From assembly GCA_016212085.1 (NCBI GenBank), contig JACRHL010000021.1, positions 27,925-91,924 on the forward strand: 64,000 bases of DNA, in the 5' to 3' direction. The notes under the pieces were generated by a model. It ran no database searches and was not told where the DNA came from. It was given only the letters and a program-made list of their open reading frames with translations. The position numbers and the translations under genes are program-made. This document shows positions 54,337-62,690 of the stretch, in pieces. Position 1 is the first letter of the stretch. Each line of letters begins with the position of its first letter. The DNA comes from Nitrospirota bacterium. Its GTDB lineage: Bacteria; Nitrospirota; JACRHL01.

Positions 54337-55026
54337 CTACTGCGTGCCCCGGAGGGAGAATAGGATATCGACGGCTTCGTGTACGTGCGTGTGGGGATTC
54401 GACGTGCCGTTGGCTGATGCCCGCAGCAGGCCGGCGGCAGCTAGTTGCCCTGCGGCGGCCCTTCTGTTTTCAAGGTGCTGAAAAATACCAGCGCTTCCTT
54501 TGTGGTAAGCGGGCCAGTGCTGTTTCAGCAGATGTTCCGTCTGCTCCCCGATGGACCGCCCCCCTGACGGCGCAATGGGTGCGGTATGGTCCGTGAAGTG
54601 CAGCAATAACCAAAACTCAAAGCAGGGCTCCGATGTAATGGCGCGGAAATCGGCCTGTCCGGCGGATTTTCTCCCACACTTCATGGTCAACGGGGTTTGT
54701 TGAATGGAAGCGACGGCGTTTTGGTAATGGTTGTGGCTGTCCCGGTCGAACACGCACAACACGTAATCGTAATCGGGATGCTTCCGGAATTCCTCTACAG
54801 CGGTCTCAACCAGCCGTTTCGGATCGCACCCGGCGCCAATAACCTTCATGTTCAGGGTCTGTATTCTTTGGCTGGCGCGGATTTCCTTGAAATAGGTGGC
54901 GGAGGATTTTCCGTCCTCACAGACCACAAGCGCCCGCTTGTAGGTTGAGCGGGTCGCCTCCCGCCGCTTCAACTCCTTGGCGGCGTGCGCCTTGCGCTTC
55001 TGGTGCAGCTTGTCCGGCGCCATCAA
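54337..55026 (-). CDS. RloB-family protein
   Basis: LVVCED, CVFDRD, SEPCFEFWLLLHF, NPHT. Confidence 0.9.
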   Translation of the reverse strand: MMAPDKLHQKRKAHAAKELKRREATRSTYKRALVVCEDGKSSATYFKEIRASQRIQTLNMKVIGAGCDPKRLVETAVEEFRKHPDYDYVLCVFDRDSHNHYQNAVASIQQTPLTMKCGRKSAGQADFRAITSEPCFEFWLLLHFTDHTAPIAPSGGRSIGEQTEHLLKQHWPAYHKGSAGIFQHLENRRAAAGQLAAAGLLRASANGTSNPHTHVHEAVDILFSLRGTQ

Positions 55027-56276
55027 AGCCGTTCCGGCGTCAGGACCGGGAGCGCGCCGTAGCGCCCGCTCATGTAACCCTTTTGCAGTTTTTCATCCAG
55101 GCGTGGCTTGAACTCGGACAGCGGCGTGAGCGTCGACGCCTGCGACGCGTCCTTTTCGACCAGCCAAATCTGGTCGCGCCGGAACAGGTCGTCCATCAAC
55201 GTTACATCGTGGGTGGTGAAGATAAGCTGTGCGTTTTTCGGGTTGTAATGGGGTGAATGGATCAGTTCCACCAGAAAACGCACCAGCTTAGGGTGCAGGC
55301 TGCTGAGCTCATCGATAACCAGCACCATGCCGTTCGCGATGATATCCCGCCACGGGCCGGCCAGGGCGAACATCGCCCTGGTACCGTCGGATTCCGATTC
55401 AATTGGAAACCGCTCCTGTCCGCTGCCGTCGGGGCACTCGTGGAGAAACACGGGCCGCCGCATCTTTTTGCCCACGATCTCTTGTTTCAATTCTTCTGGC
55501 GCGCTGGGAAGGTCGTCCGCCGTGATCGTCTTTCGATCGACAGCGATTCCATTGATGCCCAGGTCGGCGGCCTTCATGAAATTAGCAAGACCGGAAGCGC
55601 CGCCTTCATTTTCAATCATATCCAGCGTGTGAGCGATGTGACGGTACTCCAGCAAACCGTTCCCCATCAGGAACAGCCCCTCCTGGAACCACTCCGGGAT
55701 GACCGACAACTGCTCGTGGTTGAGCTGTGCCGCCGTCGACACGAACAGGGCGTTGGGGCGAGTGGCCTCCTGGATGACCTGCCTCTGCCCCAGCAGGCTG
55801 TTCCCCATCCCCCAGGTGTACGCATCGCTTGCATCGTCATAACTGCGCTTGAACCACATCTGCGCGCGGCCGACGGGCCAAGCAAACAGCCACTCCTCCA
55901 CCACCCGTTCGCGGGTCAGCGCAAATCCGTACTGGTAGTGGATGCCCTTGTGGATGAACAGGATCTCGAATTCGCTCGGCTGATTCCGGCTATCCCGGTC
56001 CAGGAGAAACGGCGTCGCGCCGGTTTTCGCCTTGGGCTCACGGCCCGTCGCGGAATCCCGGACAAAGTTGTGCATGAACGCCAGCGCATTGATTACGTTA
56101 GTCTTTCCGCTGGCATTGGGGCCGAACAGAGCGGCCGAGCGGAGGAGTCGGGGGGCCTTGGGGGCCTTGGGGTCGAAGGTGTTGCCGGGCATCTCCTTTC
56201 CGGAGCCCGCCACCATGGACAGCGTCTGCTTCTCCCGGATGGACCGGAAGTTGGTCACGCTGAACTCGATGAGCAT
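55023..56276 (-). CDS. AAA_21/AAA_15 ATPase (RloA/AbiLi-like)
   Basis: MLIEFSVTNFRSI, GPNASGKTN, ESDGT, IDE...LHP, QLIFTTH, GRYGALP. Confidence 0.92.
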   Translation of the reverse strand: MLIEFSVTNFRSIREKQTLSMVAGSGKEMPGNTFDPKAPKAPRLLRSAALFGPNASGKTNVINALAFMHNFVRDSATGREPKAKTGATPFLLDRDSRNQPSEFEILFIHKGIHYQYGFALTRERVVEEWLFAWPVGRAQMWFKRSYDDASDAYTWGMGNSLLGQRQVIQEATRPNALFVSTAAQLNHEQLSVIPEWFQEGLFLMGNGLLEYRHIAHTLDMIENEGGASGLANFMKAADLGINGIAVDRKTITADDLPSAPEELKQEIVGKKMRRPVFLHECPDGSGQERFPIESESDGTRAMFALAGPWRDIIANGMVLVIDELSSLHPKLVRFLVELIHSPHYNPKNAQLIFTTHDVTLMDDLFRRDQIWLVEKDASQASTLTPLSEFKPRLDEKLQKGYMSGRYGALPVLTPERL

Positions 56277-56459
56277 CGGTCAGGTCTCCCGTAATAAGCC
56301 ACTAAAAATACAAAAACTGGCGAATTCTGCGGAAAATCCGCAAAAAACGCAAATTAAACATACCACACATCATTTATCGGGCCAGCCATGTCGCTGGTCA
56401 AGGGTTTTCGAAGAACTCGCCGCCCGTTTGCGCAAGCCTCCTAGGTTGCAACCCCAACG

Positions 56460-56489
56460 GCGGGACCGGCCCCCCTTGAGCCGGTCCCG
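56460..56489 (-). terminator. Hairpin directly after the portal gene
   Basis: gcgggaccggc-N8-gccggtcccgc; weak U-tract. Confidence 0.5.
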
Positions 56490-56497
56490 CCGCCCCC

Positions 56498-58312
56498 CTA
56501 CCCGATTAGCCCCGTGTCCGCCGGCAGGTCCGCCGTTCCCGGCATCTGCAACCCGGCGTTGATGCGGGCGGCCTCCGCCGCCGTTTTGGCGGCGCGGGCG
56601 GTGCGTTCGGCGATTTCGGCCCTGATGAGCTCCCGCTGGAGCATGGCCGCGTCGGTGGGGTCCGGGGCGGGGCCCCTCATGAGTTCCAGGATGCGCTCCC
56701 TGCCGCGCAGGGAGCTGGCCTCCACCAGGGCCTCCGGCGGGATGGGCACGCCGCCCTCCGCCAGGCGCGCCAGGGTCTGGAACTCCTCCTGCCGCACGGA
56801 GGCCGTGTCGGGCACGTCGCCCACGATGATGTCCACGTCCAGCTCGGCCACGTGGTTCTGGTGGGCCACCACGTCGTCCAGGCTGGGGTCGCCGATCAGC
56901 TCCGGCGGGATCTCGCCGAACTCGTCCACCAACTGGGCGGCGCGGGTGACGGGGATGTTCAGCCCCACCCAGGCCAGGCTGCGCTCGTCGTTGGTGACGC
57001 GCACCCAGCGCACCTCGGTCCAGAACTGGCGGATGCGCCCCCACGCCTTGCGGTAGGCGCGGGTCTGCCAGGCGCGCAGGGTGTCCAGGAGCGGCCCCAG
57101 CTCCATGCGCGCCCCCTGCTGCAAGAGCTGGATGGCGCGGCCGCTGGCGCCCTCGGCCCCGGTGATCTGGGCGGCGCCCGCGCCCACGGCGTCGATCTCG
57201 TTCTTGGCCTCGGTGAGCAGCTGGAACTGGGCCGTGGCCATGTCGCCCGTGGGCAGGATCTCCAGCTCGAAGCCGGGCACCGTCTCCAGCCAGCCGTCGG
57301 GCCGGGCCAGCTCGCGGCGGGCGCGGGCCACGTCCTCCACCGCCCCCTTCTCGGCGCGCACCTGGCGCACGGAGAGCAGGTGCAGCGCCTTGGAGCGGCG
57401 CTTGTTGATCTCGTCCTGGATGCCGATCATCTGGCGCACGGCGCCGTAGCGCTCGCCATCGCGGGCGACGAAGGCGGCGGCGCACACGTAGGGGTCTTCC
57501 GGGTTGCCCTCGTCGTCCCGGTAGGGGGAGGCGGTGGGGCCCTTGAGGATGCCGCCCCGGCAGAACACCGCCTGGAACACCTGGCTCCCCTCCTTGTACC
57601 AGCACTCCACCACGCGCACCCGCCGGCGGCGGCGGTCGGCCCAGCGGCTGGGCTTGTCGTCGTAGGTGCCACTCTCGGCCTCGGTGTAGGCGCTGTCGAG
57701 CAGTTCCAGGTGGTTGGGATACTTGGCCTGGGCCTCCGCCAGGTCCATCCAGATCACCTGGCCGCGGTACCTTGCGTCCTCCAGGTCGCGGCGGCGGGCG
57801 TGGGGGTCCACGAAGGCGCGATCCCAGCCGATGGGGCTGATGGTCACGCGGGTTTGTGTCCCCCTGCGCGCCGCCACCACCTCGGCGAAGCCCGAGCCCT
57901 CCACCAGCATGTGCTCGAACACCTGGGAGCGGACCTGGTCGAAACCGTTGTCGTCGAGCACGAAGCGGATGGCCTCGGTGGCGGCCTTGGCGGCGCCCTC
58001 GTCCGCCGGGTTGCGCGGGAAGCAGCGCGGGTCGGTGCGGCTTTGCCGCTCCAGGCCCAAGAGGTAGTCCACCTTGGGCTTGATGCGGTTGACCACGATG
58101 GGGGCCTGGCCGCGCCGGGACAGGGCGTCCTCCTCGGTGGCGGTCCACTGGCGGCCGTCGTAATAGTCGCGGTCGCGCTCGGCGTGCAGGCGGCCCTCGA
58201 GACTGGCGTCCTCCGCCTCGTCGAAAAAGCCCACCAGCTTGGCCAGCAGGGCCTCCCGTTCGGCCTGCTCGGCCTGGGATTGCCCGTTTTGGGATTGCCC
58301 GTTTTGGGTCAT
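56498..58312 (-). CDS. Phage portal protein (P22-like/podovirus type)
   Basis: DRDYYDGRQW, NRIKPKV..LLG, YGAVRQMIGIQDEINKRRSK, SGRAI, N.VAELDVDIIV; ATGA-coupled to terL. Confidence 0.88.
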   Translation of the reverse strand: MTQNGQSQNGQSQAEQAEREALLAKLVGFFDEAEDASLEGRLHAERDRDYYDGRQWTATEEDALSRRGQAPIVVNRIKPKVDYLLGLERQSRTDPRCFPRNPADEGAAKAATEAIRFVLDDNGFDQVRSQVFEHMLVEGSGFAEVVAARRGTQTRVTISPIGWDRAFVDPHARRRDLEDARYRGQVIWMDLAEAQAKYPNHLELLDSAYTEAESGTYDDKPSRWADRRRRRVRVVECWYKEGSQVFQAVFCRGGILKGPTASPYRDDEGNPEDPYVCAAAFVARDGERYGAVRQMIGIQDEINKRRSKALHLLSVRQVRAEKGAVEDVARARRELARPDGWLETVPGFELEILPTGDMATAQFQLLTEAKNEIDAVGAGAAQITGAEGASGRAIQLLQQGARMELGPLLDTLRAWQTRAYRKAWGRIRQFWTEVRWVRVTNDERSLAWVGLNIPVTRAAQLVDEFGEIPPELIGDPSLDDVVAHQNHVAELDVDIIVGDVPDTASVRQEEFQTLARLAEGGVPIPPEALVEASSLRGRERILELMRGPAPDPTDAAMLQRELIRAEIAERTARAAKTAAEAARINAGLQMPGTADLPADTGLIG

Positions 58313-59757
58313 GCGGTTTTCCACCCGATCGTCTCCTTTTCGCAGAATGCCTGGTGCCACCGGTCGGCGGCGGGGTTGGCGGTGGCCCGCGCGGGCGCCT
58401 GGGGGCGGCTCATGCAGGCGTACCGGGTTTCGTCATAGGCGTGGTCCTCGGCGGCGCTGTCCACGTCCTCCGGGTCGGCGGGGTCCAGGGGCAGTTCGGG
58501 CACCGTGCGCAGAAAGCCGTCCAGGCAGGAGGAGAACACGTACAGCATGGGCCGCCCGTCCTCCCCCTCCAGGCGGCGGCGCACCTCCTGGTAGCCCGCC
58601 TTGCGGTTGTTGGCGGCGCGGCGCAGGATGACCCCCGCCGCCGCCATGTGCTCGGCCACGCTGGGGCCGTCGTGCTGGCCGAAGATGGCCGGGTCGGCCA
58701 CCCCGTAGGCGATCTTCTCGCCCTTCTCGCGCGCAAGGATGCCCTGGGCCACCTGGGTGCTGGTGAGGCGCAGGCCCCGGTCGGGCCGGCCGTCCCAGCC
58801 GTACCACTCCCGGTAGCGCACCAGGGCCCCGGCGGGGAGACAGGCCCCGCCGGGCAGGGATGCCCCGCCGGGCAGGGGCGCCCCGCCGGCCACCGCCCAC
58901 CACCCCACCGAGAACGGCTTCGAGCTGCCCCAGTCCAGGGCCCGGAAGCGCGGCCAGTGGGCGGGCACGGCAAACGGCGCCAGCACGTGGCGTTGCCGGT
59001 CGAACAACTCCAGGGCCTGGCCGGCGGCGATGTCCCAATCGCCATCGCGCAGGGCGCGCACCAGCTCCGGCGCGCCCAGGCCGCTTAGGCGCTCCAGGTA
59101 TTCCGGGTCCTGGGCCAGCAGCGTGGGGTTGTCGGCCAGGCGCGCGGGGATGTACTGGCGGCGCATGCCCCCCTCCTCCGGGCGGGCGCGCCACACGCGG
59201 CCCGGCTCGGCGGGGGCGACCCAGGCGGCCTTCACCCAGGCGTGGCCCACCGAGCCGGGGTTGCTGGCGCACTCGATGCGCGGCAGCAGCCCCGCGTGGC
59301 GCACCGGCACCTTGAGCCCCGCGCGCCGCACCCGCGAGCGCAGAAAGCGGTACTGCGCCTCGGAGAAGTGGGTCAGCTCGTCGATGAGCAGCACGTGGAT
59401 CTCCGCCCCCTGGTAGCGGGCCACGTCGGTCTCGTGCTGCAAATGGGCCAGCTTGAGCACGCTGCCGCTTGCGAAGCGGAACTCCGCCTGCTGCTCGCGC
59501 CACGCCACCTGGCCGGCGCCGGCAAGGGGGGCGAGCAGCTCGTGCAGGTTGCCGGGGCCGCGCAGGTGATTGGCGCGCAGGTCCGGGTGGGTGCGGCGGA
59601 ACAGGTACACCTGGATGCCCGGCACCTCCAGGCACCAGCGGATGCCCGACACGCGCAAGAGGAAGCTCTTGCCGCCCCCCGCCGCGCCGCCGTAGAGCAG
59701 CTCGGTGGCATGGCTCAAGAAGGCCTCCGACTGTTTGGCATGCAAGCTGACCCGCAC
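58309..59757 (-). CDS. Terminase large subunit
   Basis: LYGGAAGGGKS, YQGAE, IDELTHF, ASNPGSVGHAWVK, LDWG, DHAYDETRY; GGAGG RBS before GTG. Confidence 0.93.
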   Translation of the reverse strand: MRVSLHAKQSEAFLSHATELLYGGAAGGGKSFLLRVSGIRWCLEVPGIQVYLFRRTHPDLRANHLRGPGNLHELLAPLAGAGQVAWREQQAEFRFASGSVLKLAHLQHETDVARYQGAEIHVLLIDELTHFSEAQYRFLRSRVRRAGLKVPVRHAGLLPRIECASNPGSVGHAWVKAAWVAPAEPGRVWRARPEEGGMRRQYIPARLADNPTLLAQDPEYLERLSGLGAPELVRALRDGDWDIAAGQALELFDRQRHVLAPFAVPAHWPRFRALDWGSSKPFSVGWWAVAGGAPLPGGASLPGGACLPAGALVRYREWYGWDGRPDRGLRLTSTQVAQGILAREKGEKIAYGVADPAIFGQHDGPSVAEHMAAAGVILRRAANNRKAGYQEVRRRLEGEDGRPMLYVFSSCLDGFLRTVPELPLDPADPEDVDSAAEDHAYDETRYACMSRPQAPARATANPAADRWHQAFCEKETIGWKTA

Positions 59758-59799
59758 CGGCCCTCCCAACGGTTCGTGACCACCACCGGGGTCCGAGGT

Positions 59800-59864
59800 T
59801 ATCCGCCCGGACGGCCATGCGGCGTTACGTTTCTTGCGTTTCCTGCGTTTCTGGACGTTGCCGG
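59800..59864 (-). promoter_or_regulatory. CAGAAACGC repeat motif, copy 2
   Basis: Minus strand: ccggcaacgtccagaaacgcaggaaacgcaagaaacg...gcatggc...ggcggata. Confidence 0.6.
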
Positions 59865-59993
59865 CGGGAGGGGGTAAGGCATCGCGCGCGCCGGATGCGG
59901 GATGCCGGATGTTTGTCAAAATGCTGAACGGCTTGAGGCCCGCTCCGGGCGCTGCTAGGATGGCCGGAACCTGCCTGCCGCCAAAGGGGTGCC

Positions 59994-61247
59994 GTGCGCG
60001 TTTTTTTGTTCATCCTGGCCGTCTGCTGCGCCCTGGCCGCGCCGCCCGTGGAATTCGCGCGGGCGGCGGACGACGGGCGCTTGCCGGTGCTGGAGGCGCT
60101 GCTCGAGCGGTCGGCGGCGGGGAATCCGGCCCTGTCGCCGGATCTGACGCAGGCCGCCGCCGCCGTCCGCGCCGGCCGCACCGACGAGGCCGTCGAGCGG
60201 CTGACCCCCCTGGCGGACGCGGGCGACCCCTGGGCCCAGGCGCTCCTGGGGGAGGTGCTGCTCAGGACGGGCGCTCCGGCCAACCTGGCCAAAGCCATTG
60301 GCAGCCTGACCGCCGCCGCCAACGGGGGCGTGGCAGAGGCCGCGTTCTGGATCGCGGAATATTTTGATCCGGCCATCGGCCTCTGGCCGGACGTGGAGTG
60401 GGCGCGCACCTGGTACCAGCGGTCGGCGGAAGGGGGGTATGCCGGCGCCGCCTACACGCTGGCACGCAACTACTACTTCGGCGGACCGGGCCTTCCGGCC
60501 GATATCGCCGAGGCAGTGCGGTGGTACAAGGTGGCGGCGGAAGGCGGGGAGCCGCTGGCCGCCAGGGTGCTGGGGGAGCTGTATTGGAATGGCCTCGGCG
60601 TGGCGGCGGACCGCCGCGAGGCGCTACGCTGGTACCAGGTGGCGGCCGACCATGGGGATCTGGAGGGTCTCACGCTGGTGGGGTGGGCCCTGGTTACCGG
60701 CGAATGGCTTGACGCGGACCCGCCCCGGGGGCACGCGCTGCTCGACCGCGCGGTGCGACAGGGATACCCGGACGCGATCGGCCGAAAAGCGCTGACCCTT
60801 TTTCTCGGCCGGGGGTTGGAACAGGATGTGGACGCGGCCATCCATATGCTCATGCCGCTGGCGGAAGCCGGCGACACCCTTTCGCAGGCCCGTTTGGCGA
60901 CTTTCCTGAGCATGACGGACGATGGGGCGGACAACCTTTCCCGCGCGCTTCGGCTGGCGCGCGCGTCCGCCGAGCAGGGCGACATGGCGGGCCAGTTCGA
61001 ACTGGCCCGCCTGCTGATCACTCGTGACGCCATACGCGACATGAACGAGGGTCGCCGCTGGCTGGAACGGGCCGCCCGCACCTGCCTGGACCAGCGCGCC
61101 CCCGACGTTGCGAACCTGATCGTGCCGCTGCTGCGCGCGCACTTTCCCGATTCGCCCGTGCTGCCGGAACTGGAGCGGATGCTGGCGCCGTTGGCCGGCG
61201 TATTGGCGGATCCGGCCCTATTGCAACGGTTTGTCCTGGGGCCCTGA
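59994..61247 (+). CDS. Secreted Sel1-repeat protein
   Basis: Signal peptide; repeated A..WY..AAE.G...A...LG..Y..G. Confidence 0.9.
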   Translation: MRVFLFILAVCCALAAPPVEFARAADDGRLPVLEALLERSAAGNPALSPDLTQAAAAVRAGRTDEAVERLTPLADAGDPWAQALLGEVLLRTGAPANLAKAIGSLTAAANGGVAEAAFWIAEYFDPAIGLWPDVEWARTWYQRSAEGGYAGAAYTLARNYYFGGPGLPADIAEAVRWYKVAAEGGEPLAARVLGELYWNGLGVAADRREALRWYQVAADHGDLEGLTLVGWALVTGEWLDADPPRGHALLDRAVRQGYPDAIGRKALTLFLGRGLEQDVDAAIHMLMPLAEAGDTLSQARLATFLSMTDDGADNLSRALRLARASAEQGDMAGQFELARLLITRDAIRDMNEGRRWLERAARTCLDQRAPDVANLIVPLLRAHFPDSPVLPELERMLAPLAGVLADPALLQRFVLGP

Positions 61248-62126
61248 CAACGCGTTTGCCGCGTCGTTGAACACGTTGCTGAACTGGTCCCCTAGAACCC
61301 CCTGGGCGACCGGGTTTCGTGGGCCAATAAAGAGCCGGGCCGCCACGCCACCCATCAGACTCCTGGACCCGTCCCGTCCCATGGCGGCGATTGCGGCTTC
61401 CGCCGCCGATTCATGGGGAACGCCCAGTTCGCGTAGGGTGCGGTATGCTTCGCCCCCCGCGTTTGCCGCGTGGAACGTGGTACCGGTGGCGGCACCGACG
61501 GGGGTGCCGTAGGCGGATACCCCGATTTGGAGGCCCGATCCCACCGTCTCGGCGAAGTCCGCCCCGACCCCCTGCGGGTGGTACCGCCCCGCCTGGCGCG
61601 CAAAACCCTCGGCGGCCGTGCCCATATGGGTGGCGGTGGCGCCGAATCCGGCGGCGCCGGCGGCGGCCGCGCCCCCCAGGGCCAGGCCGGTTTGCGTGTC
61701 CAGCACCCCCTGCCGCACGCGGGCGTTGAAGTTCCGGGTGAAGTCGATCGGGACATCGGCGCGCGCCCGGTCAGCCGCCATGTCCCATTCCGGGCGATAG
61801 GCCTCCAGGCGCGGATGGATGCCCGTGGGGTCGAAGGGTGCCCCCGGCCCGATTCCCAGCCGCTGAAAGGCCGGCGTCGGCTCGGCCGCCGGCCGCCAGC
61901 CGTTGGCCGCCTGCCGGTCCAGGGCCGTGGGGGCGGCGGGGCCGAATGGTCCGGCCGACCAGGGCGTTTCGTCCTGGATCATCGGCCCCATGGCATTGCG
62001 GGGGATGGTGTTGAACGGCACCACCAATGGCGGCGGGGTCTCGTCGGCGATCATCGGTCCCATGGCGTCATGGGGGATGCTCGTGCCGTGGGCGGCGCGG
62101 CGGGTGAGGTTCAGTGGATTCGGCAT
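61218..62126 (-). CDS. Hypothetical Ala/Gly-rich protein, possibly a phage ejection/cargo protein
   Basis: GGGAG RBS; duplicated AMGPMI(A/Q)DETP; glycine-zipper-like segments. Confidence 0.65.
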   Translation of the reverse strand: MPNPLNLTRRAAHGTSIPHDAMGPMIADETPPPLVVPFNTIPRNAMGPMIQDETPWSAGPFGPAAPTALDRQAANGWRPAAEPTPAFQRLGIGPGAPFDPTGIHPRLEAYRPEWDMAADRARADVPIDFTRNFNARVRQGVLDTQTGLALGGAAAAGAAGFGATATHMGTAAEGFARQAGRYHPQGVGADFAETVGSGLQIGVSAYGTPVGAATGTTFHAANAGGEAYRTLRELGVPHESAAEAAIAAMGRDGSRSLMGGVAARLFIGPRNPVAQGVLGDQFSNVFNDAANALSGPQDKPLQ

Positions 62127-62163
62127 GGCGCGTGTCTCCCCGGGTTCATTCCCGCGCCCAGCC

Positions 62164-62217
62164 TATCCACCCGCCATGCCCGACGCCTTGCGTTGTCTGC
62201 GTTTCTGGCGGTTCCGG
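62164..62217 (-). promoter_or_regulatory. CAGAAACGC repeat motif, copy 3
   Basis: Minus strand: ccggaaccgccagaaacgcagacaacgcaagg...gcatggc.ggtggata. Confidence 0.6.
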
Positions 62218-62490
62218 CACGGTTTCTTCCGCCGCCGTCAGCGGCCACGCGCCCGGTGCCGGAAAAATCGTCCGGTGGCGGGCGTTTTCCGGTCAACCGA
62301 TCCGGCCCCCGCGCGTTGATGCACCCACGGGGGCCGTTCCGGCCCTCGGCCCGCCGCCGTCCCCTGGGGGCGGGATGGGACGGGATGCGGCCGCGGGTCC
62401 CTCATGGAGCCCCCCCTCCGTGCCGTGGCCGCATCCCGGCCTTGTTCCCTTGGGGGTTGTGCCCCCCCTCCCCGGACTGTTTCACCTCCA

Positions 62491-62656
62491 GGGCACCTCT
62501 ATCAACCTGCCGCGCGCCCCGATTGCTGCGCCAAGGCGGTGCTCGAACCCTCGCCTATCTCCCGGATATGTCTCGGGCTCCGCGCGGCGTAACGGTGCCG
62601 CTCCCCTCGGGGCGCCTTGCGCCCGGGACCGCTCGCGACGGTTTTGAGAGGTGCCC
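62491..62656 (+). mobile_element. MITE family A, long variant (166 bp)
   Basis: gggcacctct.../...agaggtgccc; TCCA target duplication. Confidence 0.9.
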
Positions 62657-62690
62657 TCCAATCCGCAAAAACGGGTGTCGCGGCAGCCTG

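Noticed and set aside
48762-59757. Intact prophage
   Set aside because: No integrase, att sites, replication, capsid or tail genes; packaging genes are split and in opposite orientations.
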